Shown: positions 24,612-34,981, counted from the first letter of the stretch. The stretch: 64,000 bases of DNA from Rhodothermales bacterium (GCA_965116685.1 OZ220707.1:1446566-1510565), one strand, 5' to 3'. The notes: a model not told the origin generated them from the sequence alone. Translations and numbers: made by a program.

Positions 24612-26957
24612 CTACCGGATTACCGTGAATTTCTGAATTGCCTCATCTCCTGTATCGTTGTCTGTAATGACCGCGATATAAATGCCACTGACCAGTAGCT
24701 GTCGAGACGTAGTCGTAAGATTCCAAAGTTCATCACCACTTCCATCGCTGTGATCAATCGTATGGACCAGTTCACCGATTTCGGTATAGACCTTGATCGT
24801 GCAATTCCCAGGAATGTTGAAGAACGCCACCCGATCTTCCTGATCAAACCGTATGGTTGGATCTGCGCCAAGGTTCACCGGATTCGGCACAATACGTGCA
24901 TCTGCCACCGTCCCTGTTGCTACTCCGTAGGGAGGACGCTTGAGGTTCACCGGCAAGTACGTCTGTGTGAGATAGCGGGAGCTGCGAAGCGGAGTTCCGT
25001 TCGGAGTTCCGTTAATCCCATCGGGGTCAACGGGCTGCGGCTCACCAACCGCCTGCAGGTAGTAGTAATAATCTGTCCCCCGGTTCAGGTCGGTGTCTTC
25101 GTACGACGTTGCTCCTGCACCAAGATCCGCAATGAGATCATAGCCGCAATGCGCCTGCTGTGCTGCAGAAGGATCTGCCGGATCTGCCGCATTTGAGCCA
25201 TCGGTAAACTGCCTGGTATCAAGATTCATGCAGTTCTGGTAAATGTAGTCCTCAAACCGAGAAGTTCGGTACAGTTTCCATGCCGTACGATTGGGACCAC
25301 CGGCCGGGTTAGTCCAAGCGATTTCAACCTTGTCTGGCTGACCTACAACCGTGAAACTCGTAGGAGAATGAGGCGCCTCTGGAACCGGATAGGTCGTCAT
25401 ATTATTACTGGCCGCATAGAGGTTGATCGCCCGCTGCTGAACAGTCAGTAATGAGTCTCTCGCAGTGACAACCCATTGATTCTTGGTCATTTCCTCCAAG
25501 CCATGGCCAAACGTGTCAAACATGCCGTCACCATCTACATCCATTTGATTGATGCTAAAGTCGAAGGTGCCTGTTTGAATCATTCCATCCCCATCCGCAT
25601 CGTACCGGATCAGCTGTGTGTTCCGGTCCTGTCCACCGAGTTTGAAGGCTCTCCCAATCCGCACCGCCGCATCAATGGACAACCCGCCAACCCCTTCGAC
25701 TACAACAATTCGGACACTCTCTCCCGGCGCAAAATCATAAGGACCGTAGGCCGTGGTGATTGCATGTCCACCCTGTTTCCCGGTAGAAGAGTCATTCTCG
25801 GGCTCCCAGAAAATTCCATCCGGCTCAATCCGATCCGCATAATGAGGGAACATATGGGCAGAGCCGCCTTCAATCCGGTCAGGATTTTCCCGTGTCCGGA
25901 TGCCCCACTCATAATAATCTTCGTGCGGGCTACCGTCCGATGTCAGTGCCTCATCCTGATCCATGAATCCCATGGTGGATGGCTGACAGGTATTAATCGT
26001 AGCGGTCGTACAGCGGATGTACGTGGGGTCCGTCGGAGAATTATCAGCATGAATCGTAGCACGACCTATGTAGGTGGCTCCTGCCAAACGCCCGATCGTG
26101 TCTCCCTGAGGCCAATCATTTCGTTGGTTAAACAGTGATGCACCAAAACGATCATAGACGCCTTGGGTTTCAGGGTCAATTCCAATCCAGAGATACTGGG
26201 ATGTAAACGAGAGGGGATAATCTGCATGCCCGTCTCCCACAACATCAATCATGCTGAACTTGCCCCAGACCTGGCCGCCACTGACCGCCCAAGCCCCCTG
26301 CAAATTCCCTCTGAGCCGATGGATCCGGAAGAAATAGGTCTCACTGAGGTTCTGATCCGGCAACTCAATATCCTCATCTTCATCGGTATTGCCAGTATTG
26401 GTGTAGGTGTACTCTATCACATTCGAATCATCGTGCACCTGATTCACATAGGCGTACGCTTTTCGATCCACCGTAACACCGATGTAGGTATTGTGGATGT
26501 TGTGAATCATCCGGTCAGCTGGAAGGGATGGGTCAATCTCGTCGATGACCGCTACATTGTCAAAAGACAGTGTTCCATTGACTTCTACAACCGTATCCTC
26601 CGTCCTGCTGATCAAACGGTTCTGTATTGGATACGTCACATCTGCACCGGAGGTACGCGGGCCAATTCGGGCCACGAAGTACGGATAATCTTGTCCGTCT
26701 GCAGCGGTCCAGTTCTTTGTTCCAAGCCAGAGTGCTCTAGCACGGTAGTGACTGCTGTTTCGCAGGATGGCAGGCCACTCCATGCCATCCGGGGCAGAAG
26801 AGTTAACCTCGTCCTGTGCCCCCGACTCGACGTACGTACTGTGAAATGTGCCGATGTCCAACCATTGAGCGGTGAACTGCGACATGGCAACGGTCGGTGT
26901 GAGCATCAGCAAAAACGTGCCAATGGTTAACGCCTTGAAATGGTATCTGATTTTCAT
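24612..26957 (-). CDS. Large secreted hypothetical protein with T9SS-type C-terminal sorting domain
   Basis: 781 aa, with signal peptide LLMLTPTVAMSQ. It contains DxDGDG calcium-type motifs (YDADGDGM, VDGDGMFD). The C-terminal roughly 85 aa are IVPNPVNLGADPTIRFDQ...CTIKVYTEIGELVHTI...SGIYIAVITDNDTGDEAIQKFTVIR. Confidence 0.8.
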   Translation of the reverse strand: MKIRYHFKALTIGTFLLMLTPTVAMSQFTAQWLDIGTFHSTYVESGAQDEVNSSAPDGMEWPAILRNSSHYRARALWLGTKNWTAADGQDYPYFVARIGPRTSGADVTYPIQNRLISRTEDTVVEVNGTLSFDNVAVIDEIDPSLPADRMIHNIHNTYIGVTVDRKAYAYVNQVHDDSNVIEYTYTNTGNTDEDEDIELPDQNLSETYFFRIHRLRGNLQGAWAVSGGQVWGKFSMIDVVGDGHADYPLSFTSQYLWIGIDPETQGVYDRFGASLFNQRNDWPQGDTIGRLAGATYIGRATIHADNSPTDPTYIRCTTATINTCQPSTMGFMDQDEALTSDGSPHEDYYEWGIRTRENPDRIEGGSAHMFPHYADRIEPDGIFWEPENDSSTGKQGGHAITTAYGPYDFAPGESVRIVVVEGVGGLSIDAAVRIGRAFKLGGQDRNTQLIRYDADGDGMIQTGTFDFSINQMDVDGDGMFDTFGHGLEEMTKNQWVVTARDSLLTVQQRAINLYAASNNMTTYPVPEAPHSPTSFTVVGQPDKVEIAWTNPAGGPNRTAWKLYRTSRFEDYIYQNCMNLDTRQFTDGSNAADPADPSAAQQAHCGYDLIADLGAGATSYEDTDLNRGTDYYYYLQAVGEPQPVDPDGINGTPNGTPLRSSRYLTQTYLPVNLKRPPYGVATGTVADARIVPNPVNLGADPTIRFDQEDRVAFFNIPGNCTIKVYTEIGELVHTIDHSDGSGDELWNLTTTSRQLLVSGIYIAVITDNDTGDEAIQKFTVIR

Positions 26958-26993
26958 GAGCTTGCTAAGTCAAGTTTTTATATCAGTCAGCAG

Positions 26994-27018
26994 GCTACCA
27001 CCCCAAAGAGGTGGCAGC
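26994..27018 (-). other. Intercistronic hairpin (9-bp stem with one G-U on the minus strand), no U-tract
   Basis: GCTACCACC (26994..27002) pairs with GGTGGCAGC (27010..27018). It lies between the stop of the 1127-aa TBDR and the start of the 781-aa gene. Confidence 0.55.
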
Positions 27019-27029
27019 CTTACTGCAAG

Positions 27030-30000
27030 CTATAAGGTTACGCGAATCCCCAACGTGATCCGCCGATTATTTAGAAACGTATTGAACCGGAGGTTCGGCA
27101 TATCAATATACGCTTTATCCTCAAGCACCTGATTGACCTCATTACCAGGTACTTCTTCAAAACTGGACCCATTCCAGCGGGAGTAGGTCCCTGTATCTGC
27201 TGCCCAATACCACGCGGTAGTATTCGGGTCGGTGACACTATCCAGCGATTTGGATGCCTCAATCGGCTGATACGCTACATCTGGATGACGAAATACTCCA
27301 GGACGATCATCACCCGGAACCCAGATATACGGGAGTCCCTGTTTTTCCGCATACGACAACGTCTCATCCACCGCATTCAACTGATCAAAGATATCTTCCG
27401 GCAGGTGCAGTGACCACATATACCGGTCAAAGTCCCGACCATCTGGATGGAAGCCGGTCGCATTATAGAGATGGCGACGATTGAATAAGTTCGAAACATC
27501 CAAGAAGACCTGTGCACCGCCATAACGCGTATTGATATGCTTCGTGAAACGAAGGTCAAAATTCAAGTAGCTGCGCCAGCGCACATTCTGCTGGAGTTCC
27601 GGCGGTGTTCCACCACCACCAGCCCAAGTCCACTGGCTGCCTGCGCGCCACTCACCCAGAAGGCTGACTCTCCAATCCCCCAGCAACGCACCATTGAATA
27701 CCGATGGGACGAAGCTGCTTGGCGTCAAAAAGAGTAGATTTGCACGAGCAAACGGCTCAGCAAGTGGTGCCGAAAGACGATAATCGGTAGATGTTCGCAG
27801 ATAGTTCTGCTGCTGGAACAGGTTCTCGTTGAAGCGACTGTAGCCAAAATTACCACTCTTCGTCTGGAGGAAGGTGTAGTTCACAAATCCACGAACCCAA
27901 TCCCCACGCAACTTGGTGAGCGTGACCTCCGCGCCGCGTACATCCTCGTAATTCCATGGCTGCTTGATCGTGTAATTCACAATACCACCGAGACCGTTGT
28001 AGCTGACATTCCGGGGCTGATTTCGGATGTCTCTGTAAAACCCACTGATCCGCAGCAGGTACTGGTCAAACAGGTTTTGGTCAAACCCCAACTCGTACGC
28101 CACGGTCTGAGGCATTGGGTGATCCGGGTTCCCCAGGACATCAATCCCCCCGTTGCGCGATTGCTGAACCCCAAATACATCAAACGGGTTCAGCATCTGG
28201 CGGAAATGACCATAATTAAAGTAGAGCTTGCTTTCCGTGGTGATCGGGAAAGAAATCCCAAGCCGGGGACTGATGAAGATCTGGGCATCCGGATCCTCCT
28301 TCGGCAGAAGTTCGTCCAACTCTTCCGCCCGTTGCCGGAACGCCTGATCATAGGGGTTCTCTGCGACCCACCAAGCCGTATTCGCATCAAAGAAGTCAAC
28401 GCGAACTCCCAGATTGGCGATCATTCCCTGGAATTCAAGCTTACCCTGTGCATAGGCTGCGCCCTGGATCGGCTGGCGTTTGAATGGGAAATCCTGTTCG
28501 GGTTCGGGTCCGATCAGGGCTAGGTTGACCCTTTGATAGTTCAGGTCGTAGTCGCTGATAATGAGTTCTGCACCTGTTTTGAGTTGAAGCACGCGTGTCA
28601 CCTGACTGGTCAGATCAAACCGTCCCGTAAAGACACTCACATCGGAGGTGTCCCGGGTTTTGACCCAGTGACCACCGGTGGTCTCCGCTCCACCCAAAAG
28701 GTTTCCGCCTTGACCCAAAAAACCAAACGGCTCATCACCCACACAGTAGGGAAGGACAGTCCCATCCCCATTAAGGTCGCTACCCCCACCAAAGCAGGTG
28801 ACTTGATCCCTGTTCTGTTCCCCTGCCGGAGTCAATCGGCCAAAGTTGTTCGTATACGGAACTGGGAAAAACTGGCTATTCTCGATATACGAGCCGTCAC
28901 GAAGATTCGGAAAATGACTGCGATACTTTGAAGAAATATTCTGAAGATTCACTTCATAAAAGGTGCTCGCGCTCAGGGTATGCGTGAAGGTTGCTCCGAT
29001 CATCGTGTGGTCTACATTGGCAAGCGGGAACGCACCGTCGGATAGAATGACACGTCCTCGACGGTTGATGCCATCCACGATCTCTGCTCCTGCCCCCCAC
29101 CATGGGTACGCCGGCATTTCGCCACCATACATTTGGAGGTCTGCACTCCCCTGCCAGCGGTTCATCCCCCGCTCAATACCTTTCATCCCCTGCACACTCA
29201 ACTTCATCCCAGGTCTAACATTCGAGATAATCTTACCCTGGAATGTCTGGTTTGTAAATGCATCCCGGGTCTGCGGGTAGATATAGGCGGTCTGAGTTCC
29301 CCGATATGAGGCAGAGAAACGCAAATCACCCAGTCTACTGCTAAAACCTGGAACCAGTGGCCCCGCAACCGTCACATCCACCTCATAGTCAGGCTTGGTG
29401 ATCTCGTTATCTTTGCGGTGCGTATGCTTGAAATAGTCCTGCATATCCTGGGCCGTGACATCAAACCCTTCATCATTCACGAGCCGATCAGCCAGTGCAT
29501 TCCAACCCTCAAAAGCATTGTACTGGTTCCGGGTATAGGAGTCCCAGGCACCGTTACCTGTCCCCTCCATGGCAACCGCTGGATCCAGGAACGGACGAAT
29601 AAACCAACTGTCACAATCCCCCGTTACCGGGCCGGAGTAGTTGCAGTTATCCAGTGAGACTCCCCCCAATCCCTCGAGCGACTTGGGTTGAGCTGGTTGA
29701 TAACGGTAGAGTGCATCAACGGTGTAGCGAGTCCGGGAAGGCTCTTTGGTTGTGACATTCACGATGCCACTGCGAACATTCCCGTATTCCGCATTGAATC
29801 CACCGGTCTGCACCTGTACCTCCTCCAATGAGGTATAGCTGATGTTTGTAAATGGCTGATGGGCGCGTCCCGTCCGTAGATTCATTCCATCTACCACAAA
29901 GGCAACTTCATTCAATCCCCCGCCCCGTACACGAAGGCCCGGCTCAATCCCTGCCTGCAGGTCAAGCACTTCACTGACGCCGGCAACGGGGAGATCTTCA

Positions 30001-30413
30001 AAAGCCTCCGCGTTGAGACTGGCCACATTCGCCGAAACATCCAACTGAACAATTGGACGCTCACTCATGACCACGATTTCATCCAGACCAACGGCTTCCT
30101 CGCTCAGTTGAATATCTCTGGTTGAAGTCAACCCGGTCGAAACCCGGACTCCTTCAATCCGCTGGGTTACGAACCCGACAAAAGAAATCACCAACGTGTA
30201 GGTCCCAGGCCGAACGTTGTTGATGAAGTAGTAACCGTCCACCTGTGTGGCTGCACCTTGAGCGGTGCCCTCAATGATAACGCTTGCCCCAGGGATCGTC
30301 TCCCCTGTCGCAGCATCGGTAACTACCCCGTCAATCTTGCCCTGTTGAGCAAATGCCACGGGCACGGTGAGCAATAAAAGTGCTGTTAAGCCTAATAGCT
30401 GTTTAAACCTCAT
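27030..30413 (-). CDS. Large TonB-dependent receptor-like outer-membrane protein (CarboxypepD_reg N-terminus)
   Basis: 1127 aa. It has a signal peptide and KIDGVVTDAATGETIPGASVIIEGTAQGAATQVDGYYFINNVRPGTYTLVISFVGF (CarboxypepD_reg). Plug-like motifs are present (LQAGIEPGLRVRGGGLNEVAFVVDGMNL), followed by a long barrel. Confidence 0.88.
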   Translation of the reverse strand: MRFKQLLGLTALLLLTVPVAFAQQGKIDGVVTDAATGETIPGASVIIEGTAQGAATQVDGYYFINNVRPGTYTLVISFVGFVTQRIEGVRVSTGLTSTRDIQLSEEAVGLDEIVVMSERPIVQLDVSANVASLNAEAFEDLPVAGVSEVLDLQAGIEPGLRVRGGGLNEVAFVVDGMNLRTGRAHQPFTNISYTSLEEVQVQTGGFNAEYGNVRSGIVNVTTKEPSRTRYTVDALYRYQPAQPKSLEGLGGVSLDNCNYSGPVTGDCDSWFIRPFLDPAVAMEGTGNGAWDSYTRNQYNAFEGWNALADRLVNDEGFDVTAQDMQDYFKHTHRKDNEITKPDYEVDVTVAGPLVPGFSSRLGDLRFSASYRGTQTAYIYPQTRDAFTNQTFQGKIISNVRPGMKLSVQGMKGIERGMNRWQGSADLQMYGGEMPAYPWWGAGAEIVDGINRRGRVILSDGAFPLANVDHTMIGATFTHTLSASTFYEVNLQNISSKYRSHFPNLRDGSYIENSQFFPVPYTNNFGRLTPAGEQNRDQVTCFGGGSDLNGDGTVLPYCVGDEPFGFLGQGGNLLGGAETTGGHWVKTRDTSDVSVFTGRFDLTSQVTRVLQLKTGAELIISDYDLNYQRVNLALIGPEPEQDFPFKRQPIQGAAYAQGKLEFQGMIANLGVRVDFFDANTAWWVAENPYDQAFRQRAEELDELLPKEDPDAQIFISPRLGISFPITTESKLYFNYGHFRQMLNPFDVFGVQQSRNGGIDVLGNPDHPMPQTVAYELGFDQNLFDQYLLRISGFYRDIRNQPRNVSYNGLGGIVNYTIKQPWNYEDVRGAEVTLTKLRGDWVRGFVNYTFLQTKSGNFGYSRFNENLFQQQNYLRTSTDYRLSAPLAEPFARANLLFLTPSSFVPSVFNGALLGDWRVSLLGEWRAGSQWTWAGGGGTPPELQQNVRWRSYLNFDLRFTKHINTRYGGAQVFLDVSNLFNRRHLYNATGFHPDGRDFDRYMWSLHLPEDIFDQLNAVDETLSYAEKQGLPYIWVPGDDRPGVFRHPDVAYQPIEASKSLDSVTDPNTTAWYWAADTGTYSRWNGSSFEEVPGNEVNQVLEDKAYIDMPNLRFNTFLNNRRITLGIRVTL

Positions 30414-30872
30414 AGTAAATCCTCCATTTACTTACTGTTACTTGCTTCTTAACTTAGCCCCTGTCCGCCCTTGAAAGCAGATCAGAGACACATGCCGCCC
30501 GATCATCGCATAATGTAAGCGTTTCCAAGCTCTCACATGAAGCAACTTACAGAAACCTCCGATCGAACGAACTGTGGATTATCGCCAATTTAATTAAAAA
30601 TCTTCAAATTATCCATATAATCTTCACTATTCTGTTTTTTTTTGTCTGATCCCCATAAAAGTGACTGCACTCGTGCAGAGTACGCATCTGTAATATGCCG
30701 CATATCATCGTGCTAAAGATCACCCGTACTGAATACTTAGCGACCAGGTGATCCTGAAAGCTTATCCCAAACGAAGCATGCCTCCAAACTCCTGAAAATC
30801 ATGGTCATGTGATGGTATCGCCCAAGTGCCATATAACTCAATTTTCGCATGTCCATACGGCGACAACCCGGA

Positions 30873-32474
30873 TTACCAGAAAATCACATACAAAGCGGCC
30901 GTGATTGCCAGAATCGCAAAGGACAGGATGGCAAATACCGGATCCGTCTCAATGATATTGCGCCCCAAACGGATGGCTTTGCTGCTGTCTTTTCCCTTGC
31001 CCTCAATAAGAGAGACGCCAACAATCAGTGCCACGGAAATCACAAACACCCATCCCATCCGGTCTATGAATGGCATGCCGGGCAGAATCCATTTCACGAG
31101 GACGGACAAAGGAATACTGAGCACAGCAGAGATCAGCGCCGCATTCGGCGTTGCTTTCTTCCAGAACAGCCCAAGAACAAAAATTGCCAAAACACCCGGG
31201 CTCACAAAACCGGTATATTCCTGGATATACTGGAATACCTGATCCAGAGAGGATAGCTGTGGTGCCAAGACCGCGGCGATAGCCATGCTGACGAGTGCGA
31301 CTATCCGCCCCGTACGAACCAGATCCTGTTGACTAGCATTGGGTCGGATGTAGTTGCGGTACAGGTCCATCGTAAAGATGGTACTCGTGCTGTTCATCAT
31401 CGAAGCCAGAGAGGATACAATCGCTGCAATCAATGCGGCAAACGTCAGTCCCTTCAGTCCCGGACCCACATATTCGTTCAAGAGCCATGGGTAGGCCTTA
31501 TCTGCGGTTTCGATTGGGGCTGCAAGTGCATACGCAATGATTCCGGGGATGACCACGATCAAGGGCAGAAGCAGCTTGAGGAAACCAGCAAATGCAACCC
31601 CTCGCTGCGCTTCCCGCAGTGTTGGCGCAGCCAATGTACGCTGAATAATGTACTGGTTGCATCCCCAGTAGAACAGATTTGCCACCCACATCCCACCAAC
31701 GAGAACCCCAATCCCGGGAAGCAATTCCCATGCATCCTGCCGGACCCCGTCGTCATCAGTGTAGAGCAGTTCCCCCTGCTGAAGGATCATATTAAAGCGG
31801 TCCGGTACTTCGTCAAGCAGCTTTGCAAAGCCAGCAAACATACCTTCCCCACCGCTGTATGCATTCAGCGCAAGGACCGTGGTCAAAAGCCCCCCGCCAA
31901 TCAGAAAACAGACCTGAACCACATCGGTCCACGCAACCGCTTTGAGTCCTCCGTAAACGCTGTAAGCCGTGGCAAAAACCGCAAGCGCGAGAACACCCTG
32001 CCACAGGGTAACGCCCATGATTCCTTCCAGAGCAAGGGCACCGAGGTACACGACCGACGTCAGATTCACAAATACATACACCAGAAGCCAGAAAACAGCC
32101 AGAAGCGTCCGTACACGCGCATCGTAGCGTGATTCCAGAAATTGCGGCATCGTATAGATGCCCTTCTTCAGATAGATCGGGATAAACAGCCACGCGACCA
32201 GAAGCAGTGTGATCGCAGCCATCCATTCATAGGTGGCAATCGCCAACCCCAGTCGGAAGCCGGATCCTGACATTCCAATAAACTGCTCCGCAGAAATATT
32301 GGACGCAATGAGCGAAGCACCGATGGCCCACCACGGAAGAGACTTGCTCGCTAGAAAATAGTCTTCCGCATCCCGAACCTGCCCTTTCTTTCCCCGGGAA
32401 ACCCAGAGCCCTAACGAAACAATGAGGAGACAGTATGCCCCAAACACCACATAATCGACCGGGGCAAACTGCAT
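30873..32474 (-). CDS. Sodium:solute symporter, SGLT-like (SSS family)
   Basis: 533 aa and polytopic. N-terminal SSS motifs are present (DYFLASKSLPWWAIGASLIASNISAEQFIGMSGSGF, YTMPQFLESRY, GGLKAVAWTDVVQ). Confidence 0.9.
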   Translation of the reverse strand: MQFAPVDYVVFGAYCLLIVSLGLWVSRGKKGQVRDAEDYFLASKSLPWWAIGASLIASNISAEQFIGMSGSGFRLGLAIATYEWMAAITLLLVAWLFIPIYLKKGIYTMPQFLESRYDARVRTLLAVFWLLVYVFVNLTSVVYLGALALEGIMGVTLWQGVLALAVFATAYSVYGGLKAVAWTDVVQVCFLIGGGLLTTVLALNAYSGGEGMFAGFAKLLDEVPDRFNMILQQGELLYTDDDGVRQDAWELLPGIGVLVGGMWVANLFYWGCNQYIIQRTLAAPTLREAQRGVAFAGFLKLLLPLIVVIPGIIAYALAAPIETADKAYPWLLNEYVGPGLKGLTFAALIAAIVSSLASMMNSTSTIFTMDLYRNYIRPNASQQDLVRTGRIVALVSMAIAAVLAPQLSSLDQVFQYIQEYTGFVSPGVLAIFVLGLFWKKATPNAALISAVLSIPLSVLVKWILPGMPFIDRMGWVFVISVALIVGVSLIEGKGKDSSKAIRLGRNIIETDPVFAILSFAILAITAALYVIFW

Positions 32475-32512
32475 TCAATATTCAATCAATGACTGAGAGT
32501 AAATAGTCTGAT

Positions 32513-32992
32513 CTACTGGACGCGGCGCCAGACCTCATCATAACGGGTATCCCCCTGGCCACCCTGATGATGCCAGAGAGAGTCCCCTTCCATCATGCAG
32601 TCAAAGGAGAACGACTGGCCAACATTTTGGGGAATCGCGCTGTATTCTACGTATTCCGTATAGCCCAGAGAGTCAAGCGTATAGCGGCCTCCCTGTGCAT
32701 GGACAAACGATTCGGCCGTCTGTCGGATAAACATCCAGTGCGTTTCGTTGAGTACCTTCAGCGTGGGGGCTTGCCGATATTCGGGATCACTCTCGAACTC
32801 TCCGCTCAAAGCCGCTGAAGTCTCTCTAATCTCAACGAGTGCCCATGAGCCTACAAGGCTCGGACATGAATCCCCTCCCGCCTGCTGTACCTCTTCGATC
32901 ATGGAAGTTTCAGAAACACCTTCGGGATCGGTCTCCACACACCCGAAGAGAAAAAAAGCTGCGATAACCAGATATCTTGTAGTCATGGCCAT
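32513..32992 (-). CDS. Small lipoprotein of unknown function
   Basis: 159 aa with lipobox AAFFLFGC. It is compact with no recognisable motif and sits between two SSS transporter genes. Confidence 0.7.
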   Translation of the reverse strand: MAMTTRYLVIAAFFLFGCVETDPEGVSETSMIEEVQQAGGDSCPSLVGSWALVEIRETSAALSGEFESDPEYRQAPTLKVLNETHWMFIRQTAESFVHAQGGRYTLDSLGYTEYVEYSAIPQNVGQSFSFDCMMEGDSLWHHQGGQGDTRYDEVWRRVQ

Positions 32993-33050
32993 AAAGTCGT
33001 TGGATTGCCTATTAATCTAACACCTGCAGCGTTATGTCGCAAATTAGGTC

Positions 33051-34730
33051 CTAATCACCCGGAGTCCGAATGCGATCCACCAGCGTGCGGATTGAGGCAG
33101 GTGGCGGCGGCGTGAACCTGGAAACGGTAATCGCCACCATAAAATTCAGCACCATACCTATGGTCCCGATTCCTTCGGGAGAAATACCCAGCAGCCAATA
33201 GTCTGCGCTGTTGAGTTCCGGGCGCACGAACTTGAAGAAGACGATGTAGCATGCAGTAAATACGATCCCTGTGATCATCCCGCTCACCGCCCCATACTTA
33301 TTCATCCACCGCGTAAATATTCCCAGGATAATTGCCGGAAAGAACGATGCAGCAGCCAAGCCAAATGCGAATGCAACCACCTGTGCGACAAAGCCCGGAG
33401 GATCAATGCCGAAGTATCCTGCGATCAGGACGGCCACTCCTGCAGTGATCCGTGCCGTCAAAAGCTCCCGCTTCTCCGAAATTTCCGGCATGAATCCCTT
33501 TTTCAAAAGATCCCGGGCAACCGCCGTGGAAATAACCAGAAGGAGTCCGGCGGCAGTGGAGAGCGCCGCCGCAAGCCCGCCGGCAGCAACCAGTCCAATC
33601 ACCCAACCAGGCAGGTTGGCAATCTCTGGATTCGCCAGCACCATGATATCCCGGTCAATCGTTAACTCATTCTCCTGCTCTGATGCCGGTCCAACGTACT
33701 GGATCCTGCCATCTCCATTCTTGTCTTCAAACTCAATCAGGCCGGTTCGCTCCCAGTTTTTGAACCACCCTGGAACTTCAGAATACGGACGGTCCACGAT
33801 CGTGGTTAATAGATTGGTCCGGGCAAACGCTGCAACCGCTGGAGCACTCGTATACAAAAGTGCAATGAATACCAGTGCCCAGCCCGCGCTCGTACGGGCA
33901 TCCCGCATTCGCGGCACCGTATAAAATCGCACAATCACATGCGGAAGCCCCGCGGTCCCAACCATTAGGGCGGCCGTGATGGCAAAGACATCCATCATGC
34001 TCTTCTGCCCGCTCGTGTAAGCGGCGAAACCGAGATCGGTACTCAAACCATCAAGCTTATCCAGTAGGTAAGTCCCCGAACCATCGACCAGTGTACTGCC
34101 AAAGCCCACTTGCGGAATCACATTCCCCGTCATCAGCAGCGAGATAAAGATCGCCGGAACCAGGTACGCAAAAATCAGCACGCAGTACTGGACAACCTGG
34201 GTGTAGGTGATCCCGCGCATTCCTCCGAGAACCGCATAAAAAAACACAATCCCCATCCCGATCAGCACGCCCGGAATAATATCAATCTCCAGGAAACGGG
34301 AGAACACGATCCCGACCCCCCGCATCTGCCCCGCCACATACGTAAAAGATACAAAAATGGCACAGAGCACAGCCACAAAACGGGCGGTCTGAGAATAGTA
34401 ACGGTCCCCGACAAAGTCGGGGACGGTGAATTTGCCAAACTTGCGCAGGTACGGTGCCAGAAGGAGAGCCAAGAGTACATAACCTCCCGTCCATCCAAGA
34501 AGATAAACGCTTCCGTCCCGGCCCATAAAGGCAATCAGCCCCGCCATGGAAATAAACGAGGCAGCACTCATCCAGTCTGCCGCGGTGGCCATCCCGTTCA
34601 ATACCGGATGGACCCGCCCACCGGCAACATAAAATTCTTTGGTGGATCCTGCCCGCGACCAGATCGCAACCCCAATGTAGAGTGCGAAGGAAATCCCGAC
34701 TAGGGTGAATGTCCATGCCTGTACGTTCAT
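33051..34730 (-). CDS. Sodium:solute symporter, ActP/VC_2705-like (SSS family)
   Basis: 559 aa and polytopic, with SSS motifs (EFYVAGGRVHPVLNGMATAADWMSAASFISMAGL). It is preceded by, and overlaps (ATGA-type, 4 nt), a DUF4212 small-subunit gene, the usual pairing for this subfamily. Confidence 0.88.
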   Translation of the reverse strand: MNVQAWTFTLVGISFALYIGVAIWSRAGSTKEFYVAGGRVHPVLNGMATAADWMSAASFISMAGLIAFMGRDGSVYLLGWTGGYVLLALLLAPYLRKFGKFTVPDFVGDRYYSQTARFVAVLCAIFVSFTYVAGQMRGVGIVFSRFLEIDIIPGVLIGMGIVFFYAVLGGMRGITYTQVVQYCVLIFAYLVPAIFISLLMTGNVIPQVGFGSTLVDGSGTYLLDKLDGLSTDLGFAAYTSGQKSMMDVFAITAALMVGTAGLPHVIVRFYTVPRMRDARTSAGWALVFIALLYTSAPAVAAFARTNLLTTIVDRPYSEVPGWFKNWERTGLIEFEDKNGDGRIQYVGPASEQENELTIDRDIMVLANPEIANLPGWVIGLVAAGGLAAALSTAAGLLLVISTAVARDLLKKGFMPEISEKRELLTARITAGVAVLIAGYFGIDPPGFVAQVVAFAFGLAAASFFPAIILGIFTRWMNKYGAVSGMITGIVFTACYIVFFKFVRPELNSADYWLLGISPEGIGTIGMVLNFMVAITVSRFTPPPPASIRTLVDRIRTPGD

Positions 34731-34981
34731 GAGGCCTCTGTGGGGGATTTCCGATCAAGCCGGTTCATGAGAACCACATAAACAAAAATGATCACCACAA
34801 ATACATAGATTGCACCTTGCTGCGCAAACCAGAACCCCAGCTTAAAGCCGTAGATACGCACCGCATCCAGCGCGTCTACGAAAACGACACTGGCTCCAAA
34901 CGAAACTAGAAACCAGATCCCAAGAAGGATCCCCAGATAGCACAGATTGGTCTTCCAATACCGTTCAGGATTCATGTACAT
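34727..34981 (-). CDS. DUF4212 protein (putative solute:sodium symporter small subunit)
   Basis: 84 aa with two TM helices. YWKTNL...GFKLGFWFAQQGAIYVFVVIIFVY is typical of DUF4212. It is coupled to the downstream symporter. Confidence 0.8.
   Translation of the reverse strand: MYMNPERYWKTNLCYLGILLGIWFLVSFGASVVFVDALDAVRIYGFKLGFWFAQQGAIYVFVVIIFVYVVLMNRLDRKSPTEAS

Noticed and set aside
25476-26930. Plus-strand ORFs 25476..26138 and 26163..26930.
   Set aside because: They are antisense shadows of the well-supported 781-aa minus-strand gene, and they are Arg/Ile/Val-rich with no domain features.
31329-34758. Long alternative-frame or antisense ORFs within the two symporter genes (31329..32132, 33271..33924, 34110..34703, 34282..34758).
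   Set aside because: The symporter frames carry unmistakable SSS motifs and TM periodicity. The alternative ORFs are hydrophilic Arg/Pro/His-rich artefacts.
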